Below, in pieces: positions 12,001 through 18,254 of a stretch of DNA of 64,000 nucleotides. The notes beneath the pieces were generated by a model. The model saw nothing but the letters and a program-made list of their open reading frames with translations. It ran no database searches and had not been told where the DNA came from. Position numbers and translations under genes: made by a program. This stretch comes from a virus. Taxonomy: Duplodnaviria; Caudoviricetes. Location of the stretch: the IMG/VR virus record IMGVR_UViG_3300007541_000020, positions 1,076-65,075 of that record. One strand, 5' to 3'. Each line of letters opens with the position of its first letter. Position 1 is the first letter of the stretch.

Positions 12001-12668
12001 CTGGAATTCATAACCTTTCAGCTCATGGAATAAATCTTAAAAAGGGTGTAGATTTGGACATTGGTTGGATGAAATATTTGCCTAAATTCGGAGGTAATCC
12101 AGCATATAATAGGAGAATGGGTCATCCTTTAACTTTTAATATAGATTGTTATGTAAATTCTCAATCTACATTTTTAGATTGGATGGAATCTTTTGAGAAA
12201 TTAAAAGATAGTGAAATAGAGATGCCGTCTTGGTTTTTAGGATTCAGGAATAAAGCCTATACCGACAAATTTTACGATTTCATGAGTACTGCTGGCACAG
12301 TACAGGGATACTCTAGCTATTCGAATACTGCGTGGAGCAAATCGCTTTTCTTTCTTTCAGATTTTGAGAATGGAGACAATGTTCAAATTCCTTTACCTAA
12401 TCATTTAAATGTTACAATTACAAATTATGATTTTGTTAGCGAGAGGGGTGCGGGATATAAATATTCTTTGCTCTTCAATTATGAACCAATTATTTTGAAA
12501 TCTTTTATGGATAATGATTCTTGGCCAAATTCTCTAGACTACATAAAAGATGCAAGAAATAAATTAGGAATATCTAGTTCGTATACTGTTTCCAGGCCGA
12601 TCTTGAATCCTGGCCATGCTACGGTACATTACTATGGTTGGGCCACTCGATTGCTGTTCCAAAAATAA
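18..12668 (+). CDS. Giant (>=4216 aa) mosaic virion/surface protein; probably 5'-truncated by the window edge
   Basis: Uninterrupted ORF. Start at 18 is TTG and the frame has no stop back to base 3. Motifs: cupredoxin-like HPVGIS...YCTNHPGMG, BspA/DUF285-like LRR stretches, TSP3-like DSDFDGYPDIIDPAPFD and PKD-like INWGDG...HIYQDAGDKTVTITG. Confidence 0.6.
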   Translation: MSDVYNISLNQKNYYQAGGIAKAEGREYTAAIEAKTNLTKSNYPFDETMPPLSEWMTFDSFDIEVAEGGSVQSGLNNPRKYPIWLKLNNLSIDLSKLPEEVLRMPTGAMHMDAVLMDANAVFNVEDWYTDTKLSGMPDQGLFYHGENSTTKAYASWRIFSRAGEIASKDTVSKSYPLYLKEFDGKTKFKGYQIKFPLGGGIGYNFDLDQNSQTYSFNKEKTGLSVYFQYLPWTISGNSISFNATPGDIESWLGTKPLKLVFVLWKNDTFDAGTSTRIGRSVNFRRKTQSYLIQTTAIADDITSADLVSYTPGLQESDDKLSRYESLDLAQRKLRILFDSDHLGGPNPNKGIKDSNGLNVGNKFKCQQIKLSESAGKYTYKFETTPIATKGFQELMPGAVLTIDWSDAPDHPVGISTTNDGTHGGGDLYSEVEIDLATKTTKCYFKMADTLGGENYSPDPQNPGLKEFRTTTKLDFYVYCTNHPGMGFPLQFIDIQDGHKELYINSWMPKKIFLPINHVGPGGATILWNSLDRSSDVLPVVNLEPNTKFSARQMYWTANAAGFSSYNGWRHPYNPWRDNWSLESSDANLAKCLAYGDCEDLQEGERTIYVDDADLEIDDDYYTNQVKFNLHGRGWEANDKVNDLTYSLDNQWIILEENKIQRGDVFEVVVLGDVKSFGLHEDWFNENNELKSFSRNKDKWAKNYLAAYKSSFSFGIKNISYPSWIDCKWYHTFDGSSIDTISGLNKPISNPSVMVNTFANLVNILDHRSFNIALSDFSNAEIMEQIFANSRISSDLQKIVFDSNYQITNGIAENLAELAERSGCQLEIKQANLAKYNAKFDEFAIVERALDPTDTTVIFAESSVDFEVGVEIRFLKDKTFENGDIITAGSVVGISAYTEGSLNFQINYLEAARNISTSELDDLYEFVNGDKPVLYFNGTSLPTLDLQQRLLAAGVVAHIGRSSSLGKIKDLTKYFAGQTVNSEDLNYLIRLINQRGIDKNADFTKFCYNANVPNLDLSSIQLESPDFTKMFQGSIISGLKLPKVLNSAYSVKDMFESSTITANLDLEGIVDVGTKSVESCFYNTTTSFPIDITSWKFSEIKLFEYMDEFIINSYLNDFKVSQVSKTILLNSADFWFKSLNITNVRKVGRSTYRTYEDTTNGLYIPYEDDTEWNNFNQILVAFGEEDITDPDFFMKPAGKIYASWFEMDHSPNYNTWSWRNDGGQDSYDFNGSWDVGKSLIVNLPYDDNDTNYDDAISGFGYFSYEEEENEWNHLNGIPTNTYSTRSTHLRLNQETDKFEIVNAYKNIVTVISDAGNYTGGFNGTFSPTPDLFQDGKGIQKYITQTNGLEVFTSHIKMELSDGNIDDPTPLDVYRLSFFVHLGKYYNSESKLFSYNKYKGAYGKFPLVIFKFEKRSADFTEAEKLEIYNYIETLNIKDYAVSPTNPRYAITNKTYANQSPFLFGPKIADKYLTISEQLSDTGDAGRPARFHSKNVSLGEGGGGDVEVYDVKTKSYPYNLLSENKLTEKDEVHIPVPFVEYNNWNHATQYDHSYPLMLRWQGVEEDIHLRFLGNYIQQMGGNPMFDFSIKNKNVKSEPAQIYIIADGTEVLGERYYITDGSQVQAIELEEQNILILVLGIEVLDVNAVESNQITQRLEAWVDDMLTITQPFPEMDPSYFDIDYSNLENTLRDAINSTNNFEIFFAGWNVTNRQQVSLTLFYPKWSADFNAGTSPLSSLSLYKDADRTIPADSVMNYVIGGSTQYLIRLYYKWSYSYDTQDFVRPGSLIVLDSSTANITYTTNTTNNSTTTITPSNICMVVKVDKDNIYFVKTGDTVDVGGDSINYGVHDNNDFSGFAFKAPNAGMSPTVDLIITGGTAEEPTYARHLEYPSLPRGERNTTFHKITPRIMHVDQSWTSVTNRGWEENKLYFTAQKTNGETSDGVIVFHPIREGEDEGKLIDKYPIGETEKLLGVKGTYALYIDGDDFKDTEFYQAELESEYESVIDIPAIDSSKYEEYPAPKSNLGHYKGGFGSKWVIMSYDPLQDGFTKIRGKYTEGNDEVLSSAPFQKFNHIIGLVPNGEYNDPYDPGTDSFRDSLDSDFDGYPDIIDPAPFDQSVPGNTIITLEYYDSGEYQNAYASFGLGSYKGEFATSSRMDSDVHTINMFNDDPSNITQMYNWNAGTNQVTIALVAGDLELQEDWENMALPSPTSEVEYIQTNDGFGIPNGVSINWGDGDVTDANVNNADSYVEETKELNEQIGPRDSWKYNGTYRIYFFKHIYQDAGDKTVTITGPLKHFTIMADDIGQIGTDERDNARYLGLVSKNLLNNSEYLNWTESNFRIKGMSVIGGADTLSLGSPFYSIFPRDFFDSDRDEVIEAHVDEISWISEPILYQHARPSVWTLPSDITFRSYIWETNWGGTSQEGVSNDYIDQTWHANNYKFSSYFINDLGVPAGLTNNQWRETFYQGEISDSAITLPTPLPIMTSLLSTYPYGSEADRYSNGDLQSIWVKNQSHLPQSDFFDWDESSAVVAGDMIGCLGQELSLTPQILIDNISDNNEEFLEKIKDAVGSGNTHNLETEFGYLYYEMHIDRNKKAPDGILKDENGQTTNTMTALGLESATETDYIDFDGTQTNGTYLAYGNQQFLSDLKYHYFKESDKTLKSVDHKYDRFRVLWLPSIGDQEKITVTLTGDGTSNVATLFEAAAASQVYENSDIKSTVPSQISGHNPLFSVPVIYSSIILPSDWTWELELKIDLYLNEKHMFKTRKLINGNHVETKTCPSETWIVLERNNTEITVVPNNLKSIFNKNESHLKNDSLHQRVMTQTEGLNSTAFAGQDQFYNLLESHERSSNEDYGHATDGSFVLNHDISSLPLVHLLSSHNHTDFRQWNNTSSNPISNFVTWNDNPVLLNNIHYISFGYGLLNWFNETRSAPTRDTEISALAWNKLKADGNVPSSLSYSYESIGYADSTTYQAGEHPLNGSFEGLIRNDLNLGKKIVKYHNYGNPHTGFGVFFNQTRKEVVDWSWGSYTAQNKHIDGTTNHIATNYFSSVGMFEPILTSRHTAGLRNRFVPNSKVYNEIQNPFFDPSILSEDKIVVARAEIIQPSYSWQDPPSEWADVSATLKYLDIIDRYKNEEGVMKLLEDAHAAGVYFDGRRSKIDSSPYVRLGGGHQFTFKDLIKDASIETKPQLIKITKTWTGTGTEPVDYGASQIAVPLGLIEGGSKIVLGILQQDVAAGLIINDGVIGSYHLTNNLFNLTPSMRRTNWDVYDPSYYLHLDGISVIVVFNVSDRGDIWEVYKEDLYEWNVSYIDSKKPLKLKLKLSERGSFWEKTKPKHHDPEITNTNQTRKYFGLDCSQSMKVLAPTLSASNRYNENEYIQDYTWSNVSADLSSITLPAKSSNNDGDQAHFTMNYMISAGQGNLIPAGAFNSYGCNDMVTLKDELRSNNPIPFRSNSYTFSSLGYNKRNDGYLYNYPFEQRIFIGYQGLNFNGAAGYNNIKTGLPPFFVGRFPARKISELQGTSVIFRCQSASETGKFVQKPLSIVERISHKNQIAIGASNKNSLNTNYNDYNLSNFSESLMFFADDLSNPSNSGIGSGLNKKNKVEYVDLSKMVIFNGASRMLGGFFNNLIIDDIDLSSIDITNNSITTPCIEGAQIKNLKYFTINDDNLSPEALLGSKLDMVSKLEELHTNLNKPSSINIEDRYWYKILRPHLRGDKSWGIDTNSFIFGSTTVYRGTPPVYVDGKATYPYQPEMGQLYKHSKDAYGYISGYAYYNYLGLVIMDAGPLNFYSGDWSKGDVVWMGMSVAEDIDESGELYIEGSNLPGGKIILKKKGSADAVSHGGQTYTYTTIAPEVEHSLSNYNYNWTNPNNRRFRFTNQFIKMDFDLQDDVELKCDYTHYQNKSLTQIIDELPKKYYKDGEYYYDFEKARKMMPFLLYRMICTDQLHSARGSQESNSDTGIPTEAAMLTNQKTMRSFGTICASEFSSLENLDMSSVKARYAGIHNLSAHGINLKKGVDLDIGWMKYLPKFGGNPAYNRRMGHPLTFNIDCYVNSQSTFLDWMESFEKLKDSEIEMPSWFLGFRNKAYTDKFYDFMSTAGTVQGYSSYSNTAWSKSLFFLSDFENGDNVQIPLPNHLNVTITNYDFVSERGAGYKYSLLFNYEPIILKSFMDNDSWPNSLDYIKDARNKLGISSSYTVSRPILNPGHATVHYYGWATRLLFQK

Positions 12669-12710
12669 AAACAAAGTATAAAGTTAACTTTTAGACTTTT
12701 ATAATTTGCC

Positions 12711-12720
12711 GTGTATAATA
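12711..12720 (+). promoter_or_regulatory. GTGTA-type putative late promoter element (portal)
   Basis: GTGTATAATA starts 14 nt before the portal ATG; the same core recurs before other structural genes. Confidence 0.55.
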
Positions 12721-12724
12721 TTAC

Positions 12725-14737
12725 ATGGGAGAAAAAAGAAAATACATAAAAAAATCTAATTATTGGTCTAAATTTAAAGGTAAACCTGTTGAGAAATCTA
12801 TAGCAAATACTGTGGAGCCAGTGAGTGCTGGAGATACATACTATGTTTCTTCCGCAGCTTGCTATACAGGGGGGCAATCAGGATCTACACGTGGAAGATC
12901 ATCACACAATCCGTCAAGAGCAAAAAACAACAAGTATACCAACATTAGAGAAGGTATGCTTCCATACACAACCTCAAGAGATGGAGTTGATGTAAGAGAT
13001 GCAATAGAACTTTGTCAAAAAGCATATGCAAATGTCCCTATATTCAGAAATGCAATAGATATTATGGCAGAGCTGGCAAATTCTCCAATTTATGTAGAAG
13101 GAGGAAATGAAGCGGCTAGAAATTTTGTGGAAAAATGGTTTTCTAAAATTAATTTATGGGCATTAAAAGATCAGTATTTTAGAGAGTACTATAGGAGCGG
13201 AAATGTATTTCTTTACAGATTAGACGGAAAATTTACAACAGAAGACTTTATTAAATTAAATAAAATATATGGATCTACTAATTTGATTAAACCTAATCAT
13301 ATACCAGTTAGATATGTTTTGCTTAATCCTTATGATATAGTTGCAACACGCAGCACATCCTTTAAGACAAATTCTTACAAAAAAATACTTTCTGAGTATG
13401 AATTAGAAAGACTGCAAACTCCAAAAACAGAAGAAGACAAAGAAATTTTCAATAGCCTACCTGAAGAGGTCAAAAAAAGAATAAAAGAGGGAGGTTGGGC
13501 ACAACAAGGAATTAATGTGGATTTAGACCCAACAAAATTAAGTCATTCTTTTTACAAAAAACAAGATTATGAACCATTTGCAATACCTTTTGGATTTCCT
13601 GTGCTTGATGATATAAATTGGAAAATAGAATTAAAAAAGGTTGACCAAGCAATTAGTAGAACTATAGAGAATGTTATTCTCTTAATAACAATGGGTAATG
13701 ATCCAGATAAAGGAGGAATTAATCCAAATAATTTAAATGCTATGCAAGCTCTATTTCAGAACGAAAGTGTAGGAAGAGTTTTGGTCGCAGATTACACAAC
13801 AAAAGCGGAATTTATTCTACCTGATATAAGTAAGATTATCGGGCCGCAAAAATATGAAATTGTAAATGAAGATATTCGTCAAGGGTTGCAAAATGTCATA
13901 GTTGGAGATGAAAAATATAAAAACACCCAAGTTAAAGCAGAGATCTTTTTAGAAAGATTGAAGGAAGCGAGACAATCATTTGTTCATAACTTTTTACAAC
14001 CTCAAATTAAATTAGTTTGCCAACATATGGGATTTAAATCTTATCCAACTGCAAAATTTGAAGAAATTGACATAAAAGACGAGGTTCAATTACAACGGGT
14101 TGTAACTAGATTAATAGAGATGGGAATTTTAACTCCAGAGCAAGGAATTAATGCAATTAAAACTGGAATATACCCAAGAGCTGAAGATATTGAGCCAGCA
14201 CAAGAAAGATATCTTGAAAAAAGAAAAGAAGGAATGTACAATCCATTGGTTGGTGGACTCCCAATGATTGATGTTGATGGAGATGGCACCGTAGACACTG
14301 CTGGACCAAGTCAAACAGAAACGCCAAATAGCAATAAAACTCCAACAAAAAAAAGTGGAGGCAGGCCAGTTGGTAGACCAAAAGGAACTACTGGAATTCC
14401 TCGCAGCGTTAATGCTCAAGAAATATATTCAAGAAAAGATATTCAAAACATTGTTTACAAAATAGAAGAATTAAAATGCCATATCGATGCATCTTTAATC
14501 GAAAAATATAAAGTTAAAGAATTAAGCGATGACCAAAAAGATTTGAGTCAAAATTTATGCACATCAATTGTTTTATCTAAAGAAAAGAGCATGTGGAAAA
14601 GAACTGCGAATAGCTGTTTAAAGAATTTCGAAAACATAGAAAAGCTTTCTTTTATTAGCGACATTGTGGAAATATCTGAAGCCCATCAACTTGAGACCTA
14701 TCCAGCCGCATTATTATATCATAGTAAAAATAAGTAA
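12725..14737 (+). CDS. Portal protein with C-terminal extension
   Basis: First gene of the head module. Portal-like motifs AYANVPIFRNAIDIMAE and YFREYYRSGNVFLY. Low-complexity GRP-containing linker followed by a ~105-aa C-terminal domain. Confidence 0.8.
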   Translation: MGEKRKYIKKSNYWSKFKGKPVEKSIANTVEPVSAGDTYYVSSAACYTGGQSGSTRGRSSHNPSRAKNNKYTNIREGMLPYTTSRDGVDVRDAIELCQKAYANVPIFRNAIDIMAELANSPIYVEGGNEAARNFVEKWFSKINLWALKDQYFREYYRSGNVFLYRLDGKFTTEDFIKLNKIYGSTNLIKPNHIPVRYVLLNPYDIVATRSTSFKTNSYKKILSEYELERLQTPKTEEDKEIFNSLPEEVKKRIKEGGWAQQGINVDLDPTKLSHSFYKKQDYEPFAIPFGFPVLDDINWKIELKKVDQAISRTIENVILLITMGNDPDKGGINPNNLNAMQALFQNESVGRVLVADYTTKAEFILPDISKIIGPQKYEIVNEDIRQGLQNVIVGDEKYKNTQVKAEIFLERLKEARQSFVHNFLQPQIKLVCQHMGFKSYPTAKFEEIDIKDEVQLQRVVTRLIEMGILTPEQGINAIKTGIYPRAEDIEPAQERYLEKRKEGMYNPLVGGLPMIDVDGDGTVDTAGPSQTETPNSNKTPTKKSGGRPVGRPKGTTGIPRSVNAQEIYSRKDIQNIVYKIEELKCHIDASLIEKYKVKELSDDQKDLSQNLCTSIVLSKEKSMWKRTANSCLKNFENIEKLSFISDIVEISEAHQLETYPAALLYHSKNK

Positions 14738-14750
14738 TTAAGTTTTTTTT

Positions 14751-14760
14751 GTGTATATAA
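14751..14760 (+). promoter_or_regulatory. GTGTA-type putative late promoter element (protease)
   Basis: GTGTATATAA starts 16 nt before the ATG at 14767. Confidence 0.55.
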
Positions 14761-14766
14761 TATAAT

Positions 14767-16398
14767 ATGCGCAAGCCATTTAAATATACTGCATCATTTG
14801 ATAGTGAAATAGTAGCTTCAGATGAAAATATAAAAGAGTCCTCGCAAGTTCTGCAGGCATCATTAGATTCATTAAAAAGTTTAATGCCAGCTGATATCGA
14901 TTTAGAGGCGAATATTGATTTACTTGCTGTAGCATTTAATGCTGCGGTTGTTAATGTTTTTAATAGAAATCATGATGGCATAAACACAGATGTAGCAAAA
15001 GCAGTATATAAATACTTCTTGCATAAACCAACTAATATAGAACATAAAAAAGAAAAAGTAGTTGGGCATATTGTATCTTCTGGCCTTTCTTCTTTTGGTG
15101 ATAATCAATTAATTCCAGAAGAGTCAATTGGAGGAGAGTATGATCCATTTAATATAGCGTTATCTGCTGTTATATATAAAACTGTAAATAAAGATTTTGC
15201 TAATTTAGTAGAAAGATCTTTAAATAAAGAGGATTCATTATTTAATGCAATATCCGCAAGCTGGGAAATTGGATTTAATGATTTTGTTATTGCAGTGGGG
15301 AGCAAAAATCTAAAGGAGGCTGAAATTATATCTGACCCAAAATATATAGAAGAATTCAAAGGATATTTAAAAGCTTTTGATGGAGAAGGGTTGATGGACG
15401 ACGGAACCGAGGTATATCGCTTAGTTTCTGGAGATGTATATCCTCTGGGAATTGGATTCACCACCAATCCAGCAGCTAATGTAAAGGGATTAATACAGTT
15501 AGAAAATAAAAAAAAAGAAGAGGAAGTTGTTGAAGCTGAGCATGAAGAACCAGAAAAAATAGAGATTGACTTGAGTAATTTTTTAAAAAAAATAATAAAA
15601 AGTAAAAAAAATTTTTCACATAACACAAAAGAAACTGTAATTTCAAACAAAGATAATTTTAATTCAGACATTAATACAATGGAAATGAAAGACCTAATCA
15701 AAGAACTAAAAGAAACCATTCAGGCTTCTACTTCTGATAAATTTTCGGAAGAAGCTGTTGCGAATGTAATTAAAGTAGTAACTGAAGCCATCAAGGATCG
15801 CAGTGAATCTTATGTTGCTGAGCGCGCAGAAATCGAAAAACAAAAAGAAGAATTGGCTCAAGCCAAAACCGAAGCTGAAGAAAAAATTAAACAAATGGAA
15901 GAGCAACTTGCTTCCACTCAAGAGAAACTCGCTCAAGTCGAGTCAGAACAACAAGCCGCTAAGGCATCTCAGTTGTTTAATGATCGAATGGATTCACTTG
16001 ATTCAGAATACGAATTGTCAGACGAAGATCGTAAGATTATTGCTTCTGACATAAAAGATCTTGATGATTCTGAAGAGAGCTTTGCTTCTTATCAAGAAAG
16101 AATGGCTGTAGTATATAGTCATAAAAGCAAAAAGTTCATCGAAGAGCAAGAAAAACAATTTAACGAAAAAGTAGAAGCTGCTGTACAGGAAAAGATTTCT
16201 AAAATGTCTTCGTCTGAGGCCTCTACCGAAGAAGTTACCGAAGAAGTTGTCGAAGAGAGTGTAGAAGAAGTTCTTGACAACGTTGAAGCTTCGGAAGATA
16301 TTTCCTCGAACAACGGTGAGTCGACGGAAAAAGAACTTACGCTGGCGGAAAAGTTCCAACAAGCGTTTTCAAAAGAATCTATAACAATTAAATATTAA
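14767..16398 (+). CDS. Prohead maturation protease fused to scaffold
   Basis: Lies between portal and capsid. N-terminal NRNHDG...TNIEH...VVGHI...SASWEI fits an HK97/assemblin-fold protease (His and Ser). The C-terminal half is an acidic coiled coil. Confidence 0.8.
   Translation: MRKPFKYTASFDSEIVASDENIKESSQVLQASLDSLKSLMPADIDLEANIDLLAVAFNAAVVNVFNRNHDGINTDVAKAVYKYFLHKPTNIEHKKEKVVGHIVSSGLSSFGDNQLIPEESIGGEYDPFNIALSAVIYKTVNKDFANLVERSLNKEDSLFNAISASWEIGFNDFVIAVGSKNLKEAEIISDPKYIEEFKGYLKAFDGEGLMDDGTEVYRLVSGDVYPLGIGFTTNPAANVKGLIQLENKKKEEEVVEAEHEEPEKIEIDLSNFLKKIIKSKKNFSHNTKETVISNKDNFNSDINTMEMKDLIKELKETIQASTSDKFSEEAVANVIKVVTEAIKDRSESYVAERAEIEKQKEELAQAKTEAEEKIKQMEEQLASTQEKLAQVESEQQAAKASQLFNDRMDSLDSEYELSDEDRKIIASDIKDLDDSEESFASYQERMAVVYSHKSKKFIEEQEKQFNEKVEAAVQEKISKMSSSEASTEEVTEEVVEESVEEVLDNVEASEDISSNNGESTEKELTLAEKFQQAFSKESITIKY
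15614..15642 (+). promoter_or_regulatory. Intragenic putative late promoter TTTCAC-N15-CTGTAATT
   Basis: Same bipartite motif and spacing as 22910-22938 upstream of the tail tube gene; ends 36 nt before the in-frame ATG at 15679. Confidence 0.55.
15679..16398 (+). CDS. Putative nested in-frame scaffolding protein (internal start, ~239 aa)
   Basis: In-frame ATG (MEMKDLIKELK) at the start of the coiled coil, a promoter-like motif just upstream, and a shift to CGN Arg codons like those of the capsid genes. Confidence 0.55.
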   Translation: MEMKDLIKELKETIQASTSDKFSEEAVANVIKVVTEAIKDRSESYVAERAEIEKQKEELAQAKTEAEEKIKQMEEQLASTQEKLAQVESEQQAAKASQLFNDRMDSLDSEYELSDEDRKIIASDIKDLDDSEESFASYQERMAVVYSHKSKKFIEEQEKQFNEKVEAAVQEKISKMSSSEASTEEVTEEVVEESVEEVLDNVEASEDISSNNGESTEKELTLAEKFQQAFSKESITIKY

Positions 16399-16404
16399 TA
16401 CATC

Positions 16405-17037
16405 ATGGCACACAGATTATTACCATTCAGACAGTATGACGAAAACGATGTTGTAAATCTTTTTGCGCTGGACATTTCTAGTATCACAGATTTTCAAACA
16501 AAGTTGCCATCATCTGACGGCATTAACGCAGACGGAGTTCTGGTAAAAGTTTCCAATGGAGACGGCACAGGAGGAGACGTTAACGATTACGGAACAGAAA
16601 ATGGCGACATGTTCGCTACTTATAGTTCTCCAATCGGACGCAACCCTTATCCGTTCAACCCATTGCGAGTAACACCTGCAACTGCTGGCGATACAGCAGC
16701 TATTGGTCTTACATTGAACCAAACTCTTCACATCGACGAAAACGGAGAAAAACTTCTTTTCAATCCTGTAAAGAAGGATGAGCTTCAAGCAGTTCTTTCT
16801 GGTCAAACAGTACCTGTTCTTTCCAAGGGAATCGTTACATTGAGTGCATCAGCATTTGATGTAGAACCAGACGAAGCTGGAGCTGCTCTTTATCCTGCAG
16901 CTGGCGGAAAACTGAGCACAACTGAAGCTGCAGGATCAAAAGTGGCAACAGTATTGAGTTCTGGAACTCGTACATCTTCTGCAGTTGGAACCGACAGCTT
17001 GGCTGGAAACTACTATGTAATCAAGCTCGATTGCTAA
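16405..17037 (+). CDS. Head decoration / capsid cement protein
   Basis: 210 aa, Gly/Ala/Thr-rich beta-type protein directly before the capsid gene; AVLSGQTVPVLSKGIVTL resembles cement proteins. Confidence 0.65.
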   Translation: MAHRLLPFRQYDENDVVNLFALDISSITDFQTKLPSSDGINADGVLVKVSNGDGTGGDVNDYGTENGDMFATYSSPIGRNPYPFNPLRVTPATAGDTAAIGLTLNQTLHIDENGEKLLFNPVKKDELQAVLSGQTVPVLSKGIVTLSASAFDVEPDEAGAALYPAAGGKLSTTEAAGSKVATVLSSGTRTSSAVGTDSLAGNYYVIKLDC

Positions 17038-17069
17038 ACGATAACAATTTAACAAAAAAAGGTTAAACA

Positions 17070-18149
17070 ATGAATATTACACTTAAAAGAACCGAAGAGC
17101 AGGTGGAGTTAGTTAAAGCTATGGCTTCCCGCGACCGCGATGTCGCTTATGAAGCACAACAAGCACTGGCCGCATTTATCGGACCAGTACTTGCTGAAGT
17201 TATTGACCAAGCTCCAACAATTAGTAATCTTTTCACCTCGTTCTCTTTTGCTGCAGACGACAATCCAAGCATTCCTTTGGATTTGTACTATGACGTAACT
17301 GATGACGAGTACATCAAAGTTTACACAACTAATCGTCCTGGCGGATTACCCTCCAGTCATGTAACTCCAACACATAGCGAAATGAAACTCGCCACTTACC
17401 GTTTGGAAAGTGCTGTTGATTTTGACAAACGTTATGCTTCTCGTTCCAGACTTGATGTGGTTAGCAAGACCATGACTCGTTTGGCTCAAGAAATTCTTCT
17501 TCAACAAGAAAGTGCTTCTGCAGGCTTGTTGTTTGGAACACTTGCAGACGCTGGTAGCACACACTTCTTAGATAGCGCAAGTGCTGGAAGTCTTACTCTT
17601 GACGATTTCAATAATCTTTTAACTCAAGCAAAACGAAACAATCCTGCATGGACAGGTGGCACACCCGAGCGTTCTCGTGGCATCACTGATCTGATTGTAT
17701 CTCCAGAGGTTATTCAAAGCCTTCGTGAGCTTGCTTACAATCCCATCAATACCAAGGGAGCTGCTAATATAGATGGCGCTGCTGAATCAGGAGTGATTGC
17801 AGCAAATGATTCATTGCGTCAAGCATTGTTCTCTCAAGCTGGCATGCCTGAGTTTTATGGTGTTTCCCTTATGGAAATCTATGAACTTGGCAAAGGTCAA
17901 AAATACACCAATGTTGCTAAAAAGCTTATTGGTAGTGACTTTACTCGGGACGATATTGTAGTGGGTCTTGACCGCTCTCGCGAATCTATGCTTCGTGCTG
18001 TCGCAGTTGATGCTGAGTCTGGAACAAGCCTTACTGTTTCTGCTGACGATCAATATGTAACACGTTCAAAGAAGATCGGTTACTATTGTGAGCTCGAAGA
18101 AGGTCGTACAATTATTAGTGATCGCGGATTGCTCGCTATGCAAGTATAA
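17070..18149 (+). CDS. Major capsid protein (HK97 fold)
   Basis: 359 aa; position in the head module; ITDLIVSPE and PEFYGVSLME motifs typical of HK97-fold capsid proteins; followed by a strong terminator. Confidence 0.85.
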   Translation: MNITLKRTEEQVELVKAMASRDRDVAYEAQQALAAFIGPVLAEVIDQAPTISNLFTSFSFAADDNPSIPLDLYYDVTDDEYIKVYTTNRPGGLPSSHVTPTHSEMKLATYRLESAVDFDKRYASRSRLDVVSKTMTRLAQEILLQQESASAGLLFGTLADAGSTHFLDSASAGSLTLDDFNNLLTQAKRNNPAWTGGTPERSRGITDLIVSPEVIQSLRELAYNPINTKGAANIDGAAESGVIAANDSLRQALFSQAGMPEFYGVSLMEIYELGKGQKYTNVAKKLIGSDFTRDDIVVGLDRSRESMLRAVAVDAESGTSLTVSADDQYVTRSKKIGYYCELEEGRTIISDRGLLAMQV

Positions 18150-18176
18150 TTTATATTTTAAATTATATTTCTTTTC

Positions 18177-18204
18177 AAAAAATCCACCTTCGGGTGGATT
18201 TTTT
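18177..18204 (+). terminator. Rho-independent terminator after the major capsid gene
   Basis: AAAAAATCCACC-TTCG-GGTGGATTTTTT is a perfect hairpin with a UUCG loop and a U-tract. Confidence 0.9.
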
Positions 18205-18226
18205 GTTTCTACAATTTACTATAAAA

Positions 18227-18236
18227 GTGTATATAA
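18227..18236 (+). promoter_or_regulatory. GTGTA-type putative late promoter element
   Basis: GTGTATATAA right after the terminator, with TTTCTA 15 nt upstream; followed by AAGGAG and the ATG at 18255. Confidence 0.55.
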
Positions 18237-18254
18237 AAATAAGGAGTAAATAAT

